Shown: positions 26,429 to 35,997, counted from the stretch's first letter. The stretch is DNA of 38,194 bases from a virus (IMGVR_UViG_3300048901_000032:1-38194), one strand, 5' to 3'. Numbers and translations: made by a program. The notes: generated from the sequence alone by a model not told the origin.

Positions 26429-29400
26429 GCGGACCCGATCCGATCCTCGACAGCTGGGAAGCGACGCCGCTGGCGAAAACCGCGGCGAATGACGACCCGG
26501 TGCTGTCGCAATGGAACAACGACACCCAGCGGGCGCTGGGCACGGGCCTGGTGCACGCCGAGCAGTTCACGCCGGACGAGTACGCGACCGCGCGCAAGGT
26601 CGCGCCGGCGGCAGCGGTGCCGGTCGATGTCGCGGCACGTAATCCCGACATCGCCAACCGGCGCGCGACCACGGCCCGGCTCGATGATCTGGCGACGCAG
26701 GATCCGCGCATTGCCTCCTGGCTCGCGGCCGATCCGGCCCACGTCACGCTCGGACAAAACTCGATCGAGCACCTGTCCTTGCTCGACAAGGTCATGGGCT
26801 GGGGCGGCGATGTCCTGCAGGCCAGTGCGACGGCGATGGCGAACCAGGCCGAGGCGATGGTCAACGACACGCCGAGTGACTACAACACGCCGGCGGTGGA
26901 TCGGGCGGGCGAGTTGTTTGCGACCCGCGGCGCCGAGATTGCGGCCAACACGCAATACAAGGCGGCGGACCGGGTCATCGGCGCCGTCGGTGAAAATAAC
27001 CTCAAGAATGGCATTGCGCAATACCAGCAGGTCGCCAACACGCTGCGCACGCAAGGCCACACCACGCTGGCGGATATCGCGCAGCGGCAGGCCGACTTCT
27101 GGCAGGGCTTCCTGGAACTGCGCAACGTCGCCGATGGTGCCGAGGCCGAGATCAATGCACGCCGGCAGGAACTGGCGGCCGGGCTCACCCGCACCGATCC
27201 CGAGTACTACACGCAGATGGCGGCGACGTCGGCGTTCGATTCGGTGGCGGCCTTGGCGACCGGCGGCGCGGCGCTCGAGGCGGGCGCGTCCACCAAGGCG
27301 GCCACGTGGCTGGCGTCCGGAACCGCGGGGGTGTCGACCTACCTGCAGGCGTACCAGCAGGCGCGCGATGAAGGGCACGACCCGGATATCGCCGATTACA
27401 CGGCGACCGCGCAGGGCGCGATTGAAATCCTGGGCGAGAAGTTCGGGCTGGGCAAAGTGTTCGGCGAAGCCGGCACGGTCGGTCGGCGTGCGCTGTCGAC
27501 GATTGGTCGCGAGGCCGGCAGCGAAGCCGCGACGCAATTCGGGCAAACGGTGTCGGATGCGCTGATCACCGGCAAGCCGATCGATGTCGGCGACCTGGCG
27601 GGTCAGACGCTGGACGCGGCGGTCGTGGGCGGGTTGCTGGGCGGACCGGAAGCGGTGCTCGGTACGCATCCCCCGTCGGTGGCGGATAGGGAACGGGCGC
27701 GCGCGGAGCTGGACCGTATCCTGCGTTCGGCCAATGGGCACGCGCAACTGTCGGGCCTGCAGGGCATCGTGGCCGATATGGACATGGCGAACCATTCGCC
27801 GGAAGCCACGGCCGCGGCGCTGCAACACCTGGCCGACAATGGCGGCCCGACGCATGTTTACGTCGACGCGGCGCAGTTCCGCGAGCTCTACCAAACCGAC
27901 CAGGTCAACCCGGCCACGGTGGCGACGCAGCTGACCGGTGACCCGGCGGCGTACCCGATGGCGCTGGCCACGGGCGGGGATATCGCGATCCCGATCGCGC
28001 AGTACCTGCAGGTCGTGTCCCGCTCCAAGCAGGGCGAGGCGATGGCGCAGCACGCGCGCTTGGCCGCGGACCAGCTCTCGCCGGCGGAACTGGCGAAATT
28101 CGAGCCGCAGCATTTCATCGATGCCGTGTTCGGCGCCGGCGCGGCGGACCGGGCGAAAGCCTCAACCGAGCAGCAGGCGGACGAGTCGGCGATCCGCGAC
28201 GATGTCCAGGGGCAGCTGCAGGCGGCGGGCATCGAGCCGGGGGCTGCATCGCGCTACGCGGCTCTGTACGGGGCCGTGTTCCGGACCCTGTCCCAACGCT
28301 CAGGCCAGAGTGCGATGTCGCTGTGGCAACGCTACGGTTTGACGGTAAAGCGCACTACGGCGGGCACGCAGCTGCTGTCGAAGAACACCGGCGTCGACCT
28401 GGTGCTGGACCCGTACATCGACGATGTCCTCCAGCGCGGCCTCGAAAACACGGCACCCCCGCCAAAAAGTCAGACGCTGATCGATGCGGTGATCCAGGCC
28501 GGCGGCATTACTCCCGACTCCGTCGGGGCTGGCGATATCCGGTCGCAGGGGGGGCAGAATCACATCGGCCTGTTCAACAAGGCCGGCATGACCGCCGAAC
28601 GGATGGGCGAGCATTTGGCGTCCACTGATTCGCCGTGGTCGCACCATTTCACGACGAAGGACGAATACGGCCGGCCCGATCTCAACGAGTTCCTCGCCAA
28701 ACTGACCGACGCGCTGCAGGGCACCGGGCCCGTGTTGGTCGATCCCGCGCTCGCCGAGTTCGCCGACCGACGTGATCAGGTGCAGGCCGTCCTGCGCGAT
28801 TATTCCATCGCCCACGGCGTCGACCCGCAGTTGCTGTCCCGTCCCGAGCTGCGTCGAATTGTCGAGGCCGGGCTCGGTTCGGAGTTCTTGCAATCGACCC
28901 GTGATGGGTCTAAGGTGACCCCAAATGTACAAGCCGAACGCCAACGTTTCGACGCAGCCTCCCTCGAAAACCTGGGAGCAGTTGGTGGCCGAGTACCCGC
29001 GGCTGGCTGGGTGGCGGGAACCACCGTCCGAGACGCCAGCGGAAACCCCGGCGTTGTCCACCGCGGCTCCCGCGCCGGCACCACGTCCGTCGAAGCCTTC
29101 GGCCAGGCAGGCACGGCGACCGGTCATCCATCTGCAGCGTTAGGCGTCTGGTTTTCCGACGCATCCGGTGACGCCGCGCGCTATGGCGTGGTCGGTGATT
29201 ATCATCTTGACCTGCGCAATCCGAAAATCTACGACGCTAACGAAGAGTTGCCGCTGCTCGACACGCCGGAGGAAGCCCTGGCGCTGCGCAAGACGTTGGA
29301 GGCGCAAGGCCACGACGGCATCGTGCTCGACTTCTCCGATGTCGGCGGCCCGAAGCAGTACGTGGCGTTCCGGCCCGAGCAGGTCATTCCGCGACCGCGT

Positions 29401-32400
29401 GAGCTGTTTCAGGGCGCATCGCCGACCTTCAAGTCCGCCCTGGTCGCCACGGTCGAAGCGGCATTGCGTGACGCGGCACTCGGTGGCCTGCCACTGTTCC
29501 AAGGCAAAGGCGAGGTTCCACGTGGATCGATCCAGATCGGCCACGACCGGACGATGCGGATTAACCTGTTCGAGAAGGCCAACCTGTCGACCTTCCTGCA
29601 TGAGTCCGGGCACTTCTTCCTGGAGGTGCTGGGCGACTTGGCGGAATCGGCAGATGCGCCGGCGGGCATTCGCGAGGACTACCAGCGGGTGCTGACCTGG
29701 TTCGGTGTCGCCGATCGCAGTCAGATCGGGACCGAGCAACACGAACAATTCGCGCGCGGCTTCGAGGCGTACCTGCGCGAGGGCAAGGCGCCGAGTCCGG
29801 AGCTGACCTCGATCTTCGGGCGCTTCCGCGCCTGGCTGACTTCGGTCTACCGGCAGCTGTCGCAGTTGAACGTGCACCTGACCGACGAGGTGCGCGGCGT
29901 GTTTGATCGGCTGATTGCCACCGACGAGGAGATCGAGGCGGCGCAGGTGCGGCAAGGCTACGCCGGGCTTGATGGTGCGGCGCTGGGCCTGAGTCCGGAG
30001 CAGATGGCGACCTACGGCGACATGCTGTCGGCGGCGACGGAAGCGGCGCGGGCGGACGTGCTCGGGAAACTGCTCCGGGCGCAGCAGCGCGAGTCGCAGG
30101 CGTTCTGGCGGGAGGAAGTCGCGGCGGCCAAGGTCGGCATCCTGGCCGAGCTCGATGCCATGCCCGTGTACCGCGCGCTGTCGATCCTGCGTCGGGGCGT
30201 CTTGCCGGACGGTTCGGCCTCGCCAGTCGGGGACGCCAAGCTCGACCGCGATTCGCTGGTTGCCATTTACGGCAAGGCATTTGTGCAGAAGCGATTGGTC
30301 GGACTGTACCGGGTCACCGGCGGCGTCGACGCCGAGGTGCTGGCGCTGCAGCTCGGCTTTGCCAATGGCAACGCGCTGGTGCAGGCGCTGGCCTCGGCGA
30401 AACCGAAGGCGGCGCTGGCGGAGGCGATGGCGCGGCAGCAGGTCGGCGAGCGGCATCCGGATCCGATGACCGACGGTTCGCTGGGCGAGGAAGCGATGGC
30501 GGCGGTGCATGGCCGGCAGCGTATGGCGGTGCTGGACTTCGAGCTCAAAGCGTTGGCCGCGAAGGCGAATCAGGGCACCCCCAAGGCCCGTATCCTGCAG
30601 GCGGTTGCGGCATTCCAGATCGGTAACCAGGTCGTGTCGGCGATCAAGGCCAACGAGTATCTGATTGCCGAACGCAAGGCGGCGCGCACGGCAGCGGTCG
30701 CACTGGCTGGCGGCAAGTACGCCGAGGCATTCGTGGCGAAACGGGCGCAGGCGTTGAATGCGGCGCTGTACCGGGCCGCGCTCGAGGCCAAGGCCGATGC
30801 CGCGAAGGTGCAAGCCTACGCGCTGAAGCTGTCGAAGCCGAAAGCGCGCGCGGCGATCGGCAAGGCCGGCGGCACCTGGCTCGAACAGATCGACGCCATC
30901 CTCGGCCAGTATTCCTTTGCCCGCCTGTCCAACCTCGAGGCAACGCGACGGGCGGCGGTGGCCACGGCCCTGCAGGCGCAGGTCGATGCCGGCACGCTGT
31001 CCCTGCCGGCCCACGTCCTGGCCGCGATCTCCGGGGATATCCGGACCCGCTGGAATGCCCTCACGGTCGACCAGTTGCGCGGGGTAAGCGATACCTTGAA
31101 GCAGCTGGCCTATCAGGCGCGCGAGGCCAACAAGCTGCGCCTGGGCGAACTGGCCGAGGATCGGGCCGAGGTCGATGCCGCGGTAGCGGGCTCGATCCTG
31201 GGCGCCAACCGGACCCTGCCGGCCAATACTGGCGACCGGACCCGCGGCGAGAAGTTGCGGGAAATCTGGGGCCAAGGCCGGGCGATCCAGGGCACGGCGT
31301 CGGACCTGGCGCGCGAGCTCGACGGTTTCGTCGACGGTGGTCCGGTCTGGACGCACACGGTCGGCATCATCCGGACGGCGATGAACGAGCACGTCACGCC
31401 GGCCATGAATGCGGCCCAGCAGGCGCTGGCGGACATCTACGGGCGGCACTACACCAAGGACGAGATTCGCGCCTTCGACCAGGCGCAGGCGTTCGACGGC
31501 ATCGTCGGCCTGTGGAGCAAGCAGCGGCGCTTGTCGCTGGCGCTCAATTGGGGCAATGCCGGCAACCGCGAGGCGCTACTGACGCAGGCCAAGAACCGGC
31601 TGTCTCCGGAGCAGGTCGCGCTGCTGCTCAATACGTTGGACGCGCGGGATTGGGCGTTCGTGCAGGACATCGCGGCGCACATCGATTCGTACTGGCCGGC
31701 GGCGCGGGACGTGGCGAAGCGCAAGAACGGCCTGGCGCCGGAGAAGGTGGTCGGCGAACCGTTCACCATCACCACGGTCGACGGGCAAACCCTGACGCTG
31801 CCGGGCTGGTACTACCCGCTGAAGTATTCCGATTCGGTCAAGTCGATGCGCGACGAGGCCGAGGACTATTACAACGCGATCCGGACCGGGCGCACGGGCG
31901 CGGCCAAGGTCAAGGCTGGGAGCCTGATCGAGCGCGTCGGTTCCGGCGGTCGCTCGGTGCGCCTGGACCTAGGCGTGATGCAGACGCATATCCGCGACAC
32001 GATCCGGATCATTCACCTGTCGGAACCGATCAACTACGTGCACGGCGTCCTGCAGGGCTCGGCGTTCTCCGCGGCGGCGGACGACACGGGCCTGGGCGAG
32101 CATGTCCGGGCGCTGGAGCTGTGGCTGAAGGACGTGGCGGCCGGCGAGATTGCCCCACGGGTGTTCCACGAACGCTTCGCGCGCGCGGTCCGGCAGAACT
32201 TCACGGCGTCGGTGCTGACCTATAAAGTCTCGTCGGCGGCGCTGCAGGTCACCGGCATTGCCCAGACCGGTGTCGTGCTGGGCTGGAAAAACACCTTTGC
32301 GGGCGTCGCGCAGTACCTGCGCCGGCCGCTGGCGATGACCCGCTACGTGCACGCGGCGAGCCCGTACATGACCCAGCGCGCGGTGCAACTGGTCGAGCAG

Positions 32401-33219
32401 GTCCAGCAGATTCACGACGCACAGGCCGGTCGCTGGAAGGCGGGGCATGCGGCGATGATCCGCTGGGGCTATTTCATGATGGGCCGGGTGCAGATGACGG
32501 TCGACGTCGCGACCTGGTTGGGCGCGGAACAGAAGGGCATGGCCCTGTTCGACAACGACGTCGTGAAGGCCCGCGCTTATGCCGACGACATCGTGACCCG
32601 CGCGCAGGGTTCGGGCGAGTTCTGGGACAAGACGCCGCTGCAACGGGGCACCTTGTCCGAGGGCGTGCGCCAGAACGAGTACATCAAGGCCGCGACCATG
32701 CTCGGCGGCTACATGCTCGCGAAGGGCAACGCCGCCTATGAGCTGACCCGGCAGACCAATTTCCGCAGCCTGAGTCAGGCGTTGCGGTGGTCCGGCAACA
32801 TGACGTCGCTGTTCGTCATCGAGGGCCTGATTGCCGCGGCGTTGCGTGGCGCCCTGCCCGACGACAAGGACGACGATGGCTGGTTCGACGATGTCGCGCT
32901 GTGGTCGGTCAAGGACGCGGCGACGTCGCTGTTCGGCACCTTGCCGGGCCTGGGCTCAATGTCGGGCAACCTGCGCGGCTACGACTCGAGCGGCCCGATC
33001 GGCGGCTCGCTGACCTTGCTCTACAAGCTGGTCGAGCAGATTCGCCAGGGCGACGCCGACAAGGCGCTGCGCCAGCAGGCGGTGAACCTGACCGGCGTGG
33101 CCACCGGCATTCCCGCCGGACAGATCAACAAGACCCTGGACGCCGTGTCGGCCGAACGCGCGGGCCAGGACGTATCCTTGTACGAGTACGCCACCGGTCC
33201 GCGCCGGCGTCGTCGCTGA
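26425..33219 (+). CDS. Giant polyvalent ejection protein (2264 aa) with ART-like and HExxH zincin-like modules
   Basis: gp16-like position and size; ART-PolyVal-like segment at about 29011-29390 (RDASGNPGVVHRGS...GVWFS...HLDLRNP...GHDGIV...YVAFRPEQV); NLSTFLHESGHF...HEQFARGFEAYLREGKAPS at about 29580-29800. Confidence 0.85.
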   Translation: MSGPDPILDSWEATPLAKTAANDDPVLSQWNNDTQRALGTGLVHAEQFTPDEYATARKVAPAAAVPVDVAARNPDIANRRATTARLDDLATQDPRIASWLAADPAHVTLGQNSIEHLSLLDKVMGWGGDVLQASATAMANQAEAMVNDTPSDYNTPAVDRAGELFATRGAEIAANTQYKAADRVIGAVGENNLKNGIAQYQQVANTLRTQGHTTLADIAQRQADFWQGFLELRNVADGAEAEINARRQELAAGLTRTDPEYYTQMAATSAFDSVAALATGGAALEAGASTKAATWLASGTAGVSTYLQAYQQARDEGHDPDIADYTATAQGAIEILGEKFGLGKVFGEAGTVGRRALSTIGREAGSEAATQFGQTVSDALITGKPIDVGDLAGQTLDAAVVGGLLGGPEAVLGTHPPSVADRERARAELDRILRSANGHAQLSGLQGIVADMDMANHSPEATAAALQHLADNGGPTHVYVDAAQFRELYQTDQVNPATVATQLTGDPAAYPMALATGGDIAIPIAQYLQVVSRSKQGEAMAQHARLAADQLSPAELAKFEPQHFIDAVFGAGAADRAKASTEQQADESAIRDDVQGQLQAAGIEPGAASRYAALYGAVFRTLSQRSGQSAMSLWQRYGLTVKRTTAGTQLLSKNTGVDLVLDPYIDDVLQRGLENTAPPPKSQTLIDAVIQAGGITPDSVGAGDIRSQGGQNHIGLFNKAGMTAERMGEHLASTDSPWSHHFTTKDEYGRPDLNEFLAKLTDALQGTGPVLVDPALAEFADRRDQVQAVLRDYSIAHGVDPQLLSRPELRRIVEAGLGSEFLQSTRDGSKVTPNVQAERQRFDAASLENLGAVGGRVPAAGWVAGTTVRDASGNPGVVHRGSRAGTTSVEAFGQAGTATGHPSAALGVWFSDASGDAARYGVVGDYHLDLRNPKIYDANEELPLLDTPEEALALRKTLEAQGHDGIVLDFSDVGGPKQYVAFRPEQVIPRPRELFQGASPTFKSALVATVEAALRDAALGGLPLFQGKGEVPRGSIQIGHDRTMRINLFEKANLSTFLHESGHFFLEVLGDLAESADAPAGIREDYQRVLTWFGVADRSQIGTEQHEQFARGFEAYLREGKAPSPELTSIFGRFRAWLTSVYRQLSQLNVHLTDEVRGVFDRLIATDEEIEAAQVRQGYAGLDGAALGLSPEQMATYGDMLSAATEAARADVLGKLLRAQQRESQAFWREEVAAAKVGILAELDAMPVYRALSILRRGVLPDGSASPVGDAKLDRDSLVAIYGKAFVQKRLVGLYRVTGGVDAEVLALQLGFANGNALVQALASAKPKAALAEAMARQQVGERHPDPMTDGSLGEEAMAAVHGRQRMAVLDFELKALAAKANQGTPKARILQAVAAFQIGNQVVSAIKANEYLIAERKAARTAAVALAGGKYAEAFVAKRAQALNAALYRAALEAKADAAKVQAYALKLSKPKARAAIGKAGGTWLEQIDAILGQYSFARLSNLEATRRAAVATALQAQVDAGTLSLPAHVLAAISGDIRTRWNALTVDQLRGVSDTLKQLAYQAREANKLRLGELAEDRAEVDAAVAGSILGANRTLPANTGDRTRGEKLREIWGQGRAIQGTASDLARELDGFVDGGPVWTHTVGIIRTAMNEHVTPAMNAAQQALADIYGRHYTKDEIRAFDQAQAFDGIVGLWSKQRRLSLALNWGNAGNREALLTQAKNRLSPEQVALLLNTLDARDWAFVQDIAAHIDSYWPAARDVAKRKNGLAPEKVVGEPFTITTVDGQTLTLPGWYYPLKYSDSVKSMRDEAEDYYNAIRTGRTGAAKVKAGSLIERVGSGGRSVRLDLGVMQTHIRDTIRIIHLSEPINYVHGVLQGSAFSAAADDTGLGEHVRALELWLKDVAAGEIAPRVFHERFARAVRQNFTASVLTYKVSSAALQVTGIAQTGVVLGWKNTFAGVAQYLRRPLAMTRYVHAASPYMTQRAVQLVEQVQQIHDAQAGRWKAGHAAMIRWGYFMMGRVQMTVDVATWLGAEQKGMALFDNDVVKARAYADDIVTRAQGSGEFWDKTPLQRGTLSEGVRQNEYIKAATMLGGYMLAKGNAAYELTRQTNFRSLSQALRWSGNMTSLFVIEGLIAAALRGALPDDKDDDGWFDDVALWSVKDAATSLFGTLPGLGSMSGNLRGYDSSGPIGGSLTLLYKLVEQIRQGDADKALRQQAVNLTGVATGIPAGQINKTLDAVSAERAGQDVSLYEYATGPRRRRR
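28888..28916 (+). promoter_or_regulatory. Candidate intragenic promoter with a palindromic spacer
   Basis: TTGCAA-N17-TAAGGT; spacer contains GACCC-N5-GGGTC; same style as the phage's intergenic promoters. Confidence 0.5.
28925..29143 (+). CDS. Candidate overprinted small protein (72 aa, +1 frame, nested in the ejection gene)
   Basis: ATG lies 8 nt after TAAGGT; the first ~26 codons are G/C-ending in this frame while the host frame locally shifts to A/T-ending codons. Confidence 0.5.
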   Translation: MYKPNANVSTQPPSKTWEQLVAEYPRLAGWREPPSETPAETPALSTAAPAPAPRPSKPSARQARRPVIHLQR

Positions 33220-33237
33220 TGTAGGAGAATTGCCGCC

Positions 33238-34080
33238 ATGACGATTTCCGTGTTCGACCGCCGACTCCTGTATCCGGGCAACGACACCGCGACGGTGTTC
33301 CCCGGCCCCAAGGTGTTCGAGGCCAATACCCTGTTCGCCTACCTCGTCGACCAGGTGTCGTTCGATGTCGAGACGTTGTCGCAACCCAGCGACTATGTCG
33401 TGACGGGGCTCGGGTTGCCGCAGTCGACGGTGACGCTGGGCACGGCCCCGCCCACTGGCAAGACGCTGCTGCTGCTGCGCACGGTGCCCTACACGCAGCT
33501 GACGCGGTTCAAGAACCAGGGCGCGTTCTTTCCGGAGATGCATGAGGACCGGTTCGACCGGACCGAGATGCAGATTCAGCAACTGGTCGATCTGCTCGAG
33601 CGGGTGATTCACCTGTCCGACACCGACATCGACAGCGGCAACCTGGAACTGCCCCCGTTCATTCGCGACTACTTCCTGCACGTCAACGCGATCACGCGCC
33701 GGCTGGAGTGGTTCCCGGTTTCCTACAGTGCACTGCGCCGGTATCGTTCGGTGCCGGTGGTCGACAACGTGTTGACGCTCGATTGCAGCCTGGGTGATCG
33801 GCTGCTCGTTTCCTCCGGCGGTAACCCGTACCTGTCGGAGGACATCGACGACGTGGTGCTTACGAACCTGCCGCCGGACGGCAGCGTTGTGGAGTTCACG
33901 CTTGAGTTCCACATTGACCCCGACACCGGCGGCTGGGCGATTACTTGGCCGGGGTTCGTCAAGTCGGCCGGCGGCTTGCCGTCCCTGCCCACGGCCGCAG
34001 CGGCCATCCTTCACGTCGGGTGCGTCGTGTACTCCGACGGCCAAATGTTCCTGTATCCGACCCCGGTCTTTAGCACATGA
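33238..34080 (+). CDS. Short tail fibre/adaptor (T7 gp17-like N-terminal anchor plus C-terminal beta-sandwich)
   Basis: AGGAG RBS; YPGND.ATVF...DYVVTG...APPTG.TL...RTVPYTQ...NQG.FFPEMHE..FDR..MQIQQL. Confidence 0.85.
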   Translation: MTISVFDRRLLYPGNDTATVFPGPKVFEANTLFAYLVDQVSFDVETLSQPSDYVVTGLGLPQSTVTLGTAPPTGKTLLLLRTVPYTQLTRFKNQGAFFPEMHEDRFDRTEMQIQQLVDLLERVIHLSDTDIDSGNLELPPFIRDYFLHVNAITRRLEWFPVSYSALRRYRSVPVVDNVLTLDCSLGDRLLVSSGGNPYLSEDIDDVVLTNLPPDGSVVEFTLEFHIDPDTGGWAITWPGFVKSAGGLPSLPTAAAAILHVGCVVYSDGQMFLYPTPVFST

Positions 34081-35018
34081 CCACCGTCAACCTCTGCCAA
34101 TATCCCCGGCGCGAGCTGGCGTCGATCTACGTCGCCAACAATGGCGCGGGCGCGAAGTTCTACAAACTCAACGGCGCCGGCGAGTACGTGGCAAGCGGCC
34201 CGACGGGTGCCCCGGCGAACTACCCGGTGCTCAACAGCGCGCGCGACAAGCTGTTCCTCGGCCAGGTGACCTCGACGCGCTGCGGCTATGTCGACCTCGG
34301 CACCAATGCGATCACTTCCTTTGCCGGCAGTGATCCGGGCCTGGGCATCCTGATCGACGACGAGACGGAGTTTTTCTGCGCGCCGGTCAACGGCGGCTAC
34401 ATTTTGCGACTGCTCGTCTTAGACGGGTCGCTGATTAGCGCGCAATCGTGGCCCGACAGCGGTGCGCTCGGCTACATGGTCAAGTCGGCCGACGGCCTGT
34501 TCATCTATGCAGGCATGTACGGCGGCCCCGCCGTCTTTGTTGTTTACGACCTGACGCTGCACACGATCACCACGTACGCGATCACCAACTTCGGCCTGGC
34601 GCGCGGCATCGCGCAAACGCACGACGGCACGAAAGCCTACATTCCCTGCGTCAAGAGCGGCGTCCCGGTGTTGCTGATCGTCGACGTGCTGACCGGCCTG
34701 CGCGTGCACGACTTCAATCTGCCCGACGTCGGCTCGACGGTCGCGGTCAAACCCGACAACGGCGCGCACTACGCGGTCAACCATTTCAGCAACAGCGTCG
34801 GCGAGATCTGGATCTACCGCAGTTCCGACAATGTTCTGCTGTTCACCGTGCCGTGCGGCGCGAGCGCGAACTACAACCGGGGCCTGCGGTACAGCCCCGA
34901 TGGCGCCTACTTGTATTCGGCGGCGGGCACGTCGCTCGAGGTGTTCGAGACGGAAACCTACACCCTGGTGCACACCGAGCCGCTCGCTGGCGACGTGTAT
35001 GGCATCGACATCGGCTGA
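34077..35018 (+). CDS. Beta-propeller protein (YncE/YVTN-like), putative receptor-binding tip
   Basis: Blade repeats SADGLFIYA, THDGTKAYI, KPDNGAHYA, SPDGAYLYS; ATGA-coupled to the fibre gene. Confidence 0.7.
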   Translation: MTTVNLCQYPRRELASIYVANNGAGAKFYKLNGAGEYVASGPTGAPANYPVLNSARDKLFLGQVTSTRCGYVDLGTNAITSFAGSDPGLGILIDDETEFFCAPVNGGYILRLLVLDGSLISAQSWPDSGALGYMVKSADGLFIYAGMYGGPAVFVVYDLTLHTITTYAITNFGLARGIAQTHDGTKAYIPCVKSGVPVLLIVDVLTGLRVHDFNLPDVGSTVAVKPDNGAHYAVNHFSNSVGEIWIYRSSDNVLLFTVPCGASANYNRGLRYSPDGAYLYSAAGTSLEVFETETYTLVHTEPLAGDVYGIDIG

Positions 35019-35449
35019 TGAAAGGACGCGCCCTTATGAAGCTGATCGATCAATCGCGCTTGTGCTGGCCCTGCATTGCCGTGGGCGTGATCTCGTTCGC
35101 GTACGGCGCGGCAGCGTTGGCGCAATCGGGCATCACCGCGTCGCCCGATTATTCCGCCTGGTTCAGTCTGTTCGCGGGTTTGCTCGCGGCGATGGTCGGC
35201 GCCTATGCGAAGGGCATGGACACGCGGATCAAGGACAACCGCGACGACATCGGTAAATTGCGCGGAGAGTTCACCGAACACAAGTTGACGCTCGCACGTG
35301 ACCACCACACGAAAGGCGAGCTGCGCATCTTGCTCGACGCGGCCGTGACCACGCTCACCGAGAAGATATCCGAGAACCGCGCGACCACGCGTGCGGTACA
35401 TCGCCGACTGGACAAGTTGAACGTCCCGTCCGCCTTTCCCGAAGACTAA
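35018..35449 (+). CDS. Putative holin-like membrane protein (two possible starts, 35018 and 35036)
   Basis: Two hydrophobic segments followed by a charged coiled tail; directly upstream of the endolysin. Confidence 0.55.
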   Translation: MKGRALMKLIDQSRLCWPCIAVGVISFAYGAAALAQSGITASPDYSAWFSLFAGLLAAMVGAYAKGMDTRIKDNRDDIGKLRGEFTEHKLTLARDHHTKGELRILLDAAVTTLTEKISENRATTRAVHRRLDKLNVPSAFPED

Positions 35450-35459
35450 GGATCTGATC

Positions 35460-35993
35460 ATGGCCGATTTGCCAGAAGCGTACGCGTGGCTCAACGACAT
35501 CGCGTTGCCGCACACCATCGTCGAGGCGTTGAAACTCTACGGCATCAAGGAACAGCCCGGCTCGCAGAACGCGCCGGCGATCATGGCCTGGGCGCGTGAG
35601 CTCGACCTGACGCACGATTACGTCGCCGACGCCGTACCGTGGTGCGGCCTGTTCGTCGCCTACGTCTGTTTCAAGGCGGGTTGGGAGCCGGTGCGCTCGC
35701 CGTTGTGGGCGCGCAATTGGGCGAAATTCGGCGACCCTTCCCCGGAACCGGGCCTCGGTGACGTGCTGGTATTCCAGCGGCCGGGCGGCGGCCATGTTGG
35801 TTTCTACGTCGCTGAGGACAAGGTCGCCTTCCATGTGCTCGGCGGCAATCAGGGCGATCAGGTCAGCATCGTGCGTGTGCCTAAGAATCGCCTGGTCGCG
35901 TCCCGTCGCCCGCACTGGAAAGTTGCCCAGCCGGCCTCGGTCAAACCCTTTCGGGTCGCCAGCACCGGCACCCTGTCCGCCAACGAGGAGTAA
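35460..35993 (+). CDS. Endolysin, TIGR02594/NlpC-P60 (CHAP-like) peptidase
   Basis: GIKEQPG..N.P.I..W, PWCGLFV, ARNW, GDVLVF.R.GGGHVGF, VLGGNQGDQVS. Confidence 0.9.
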   Translation: MADLPEAYAWLNDIALPHTIVEALKLYGIKEQPGSQNAPAIMAWARELDLTHDYVADAVPWCGLFVAYVCFKAGWEPVRSPLWARNWAKFGDPSPEPGLGDVLVFQRPGGGHVGFYVAEDKVAFHVLGGNQGDQVSIVRVPKNRLVASRRPHWKVAQPASVKPFRVASTGTLSANEE

Positions 35994-35997
35994 CACC

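Noticed and set aside
16637-32643. Long minus-strand ORFs (e.g. 16637-18679, 19460-21409, 23795-26182, 29140-31449)
   Set aside because: Antisense shadows of GC3-biased plus-strand genes; Arg/Gly-rich with no motifs.
33219-35018. BPP-1-type diversity-generating retroelement
   Set aside because: Despite the BPP-1-like virion module, I see no reverse transcriptase, no avd gene and no TR/VR repeat pair differing at adenines.
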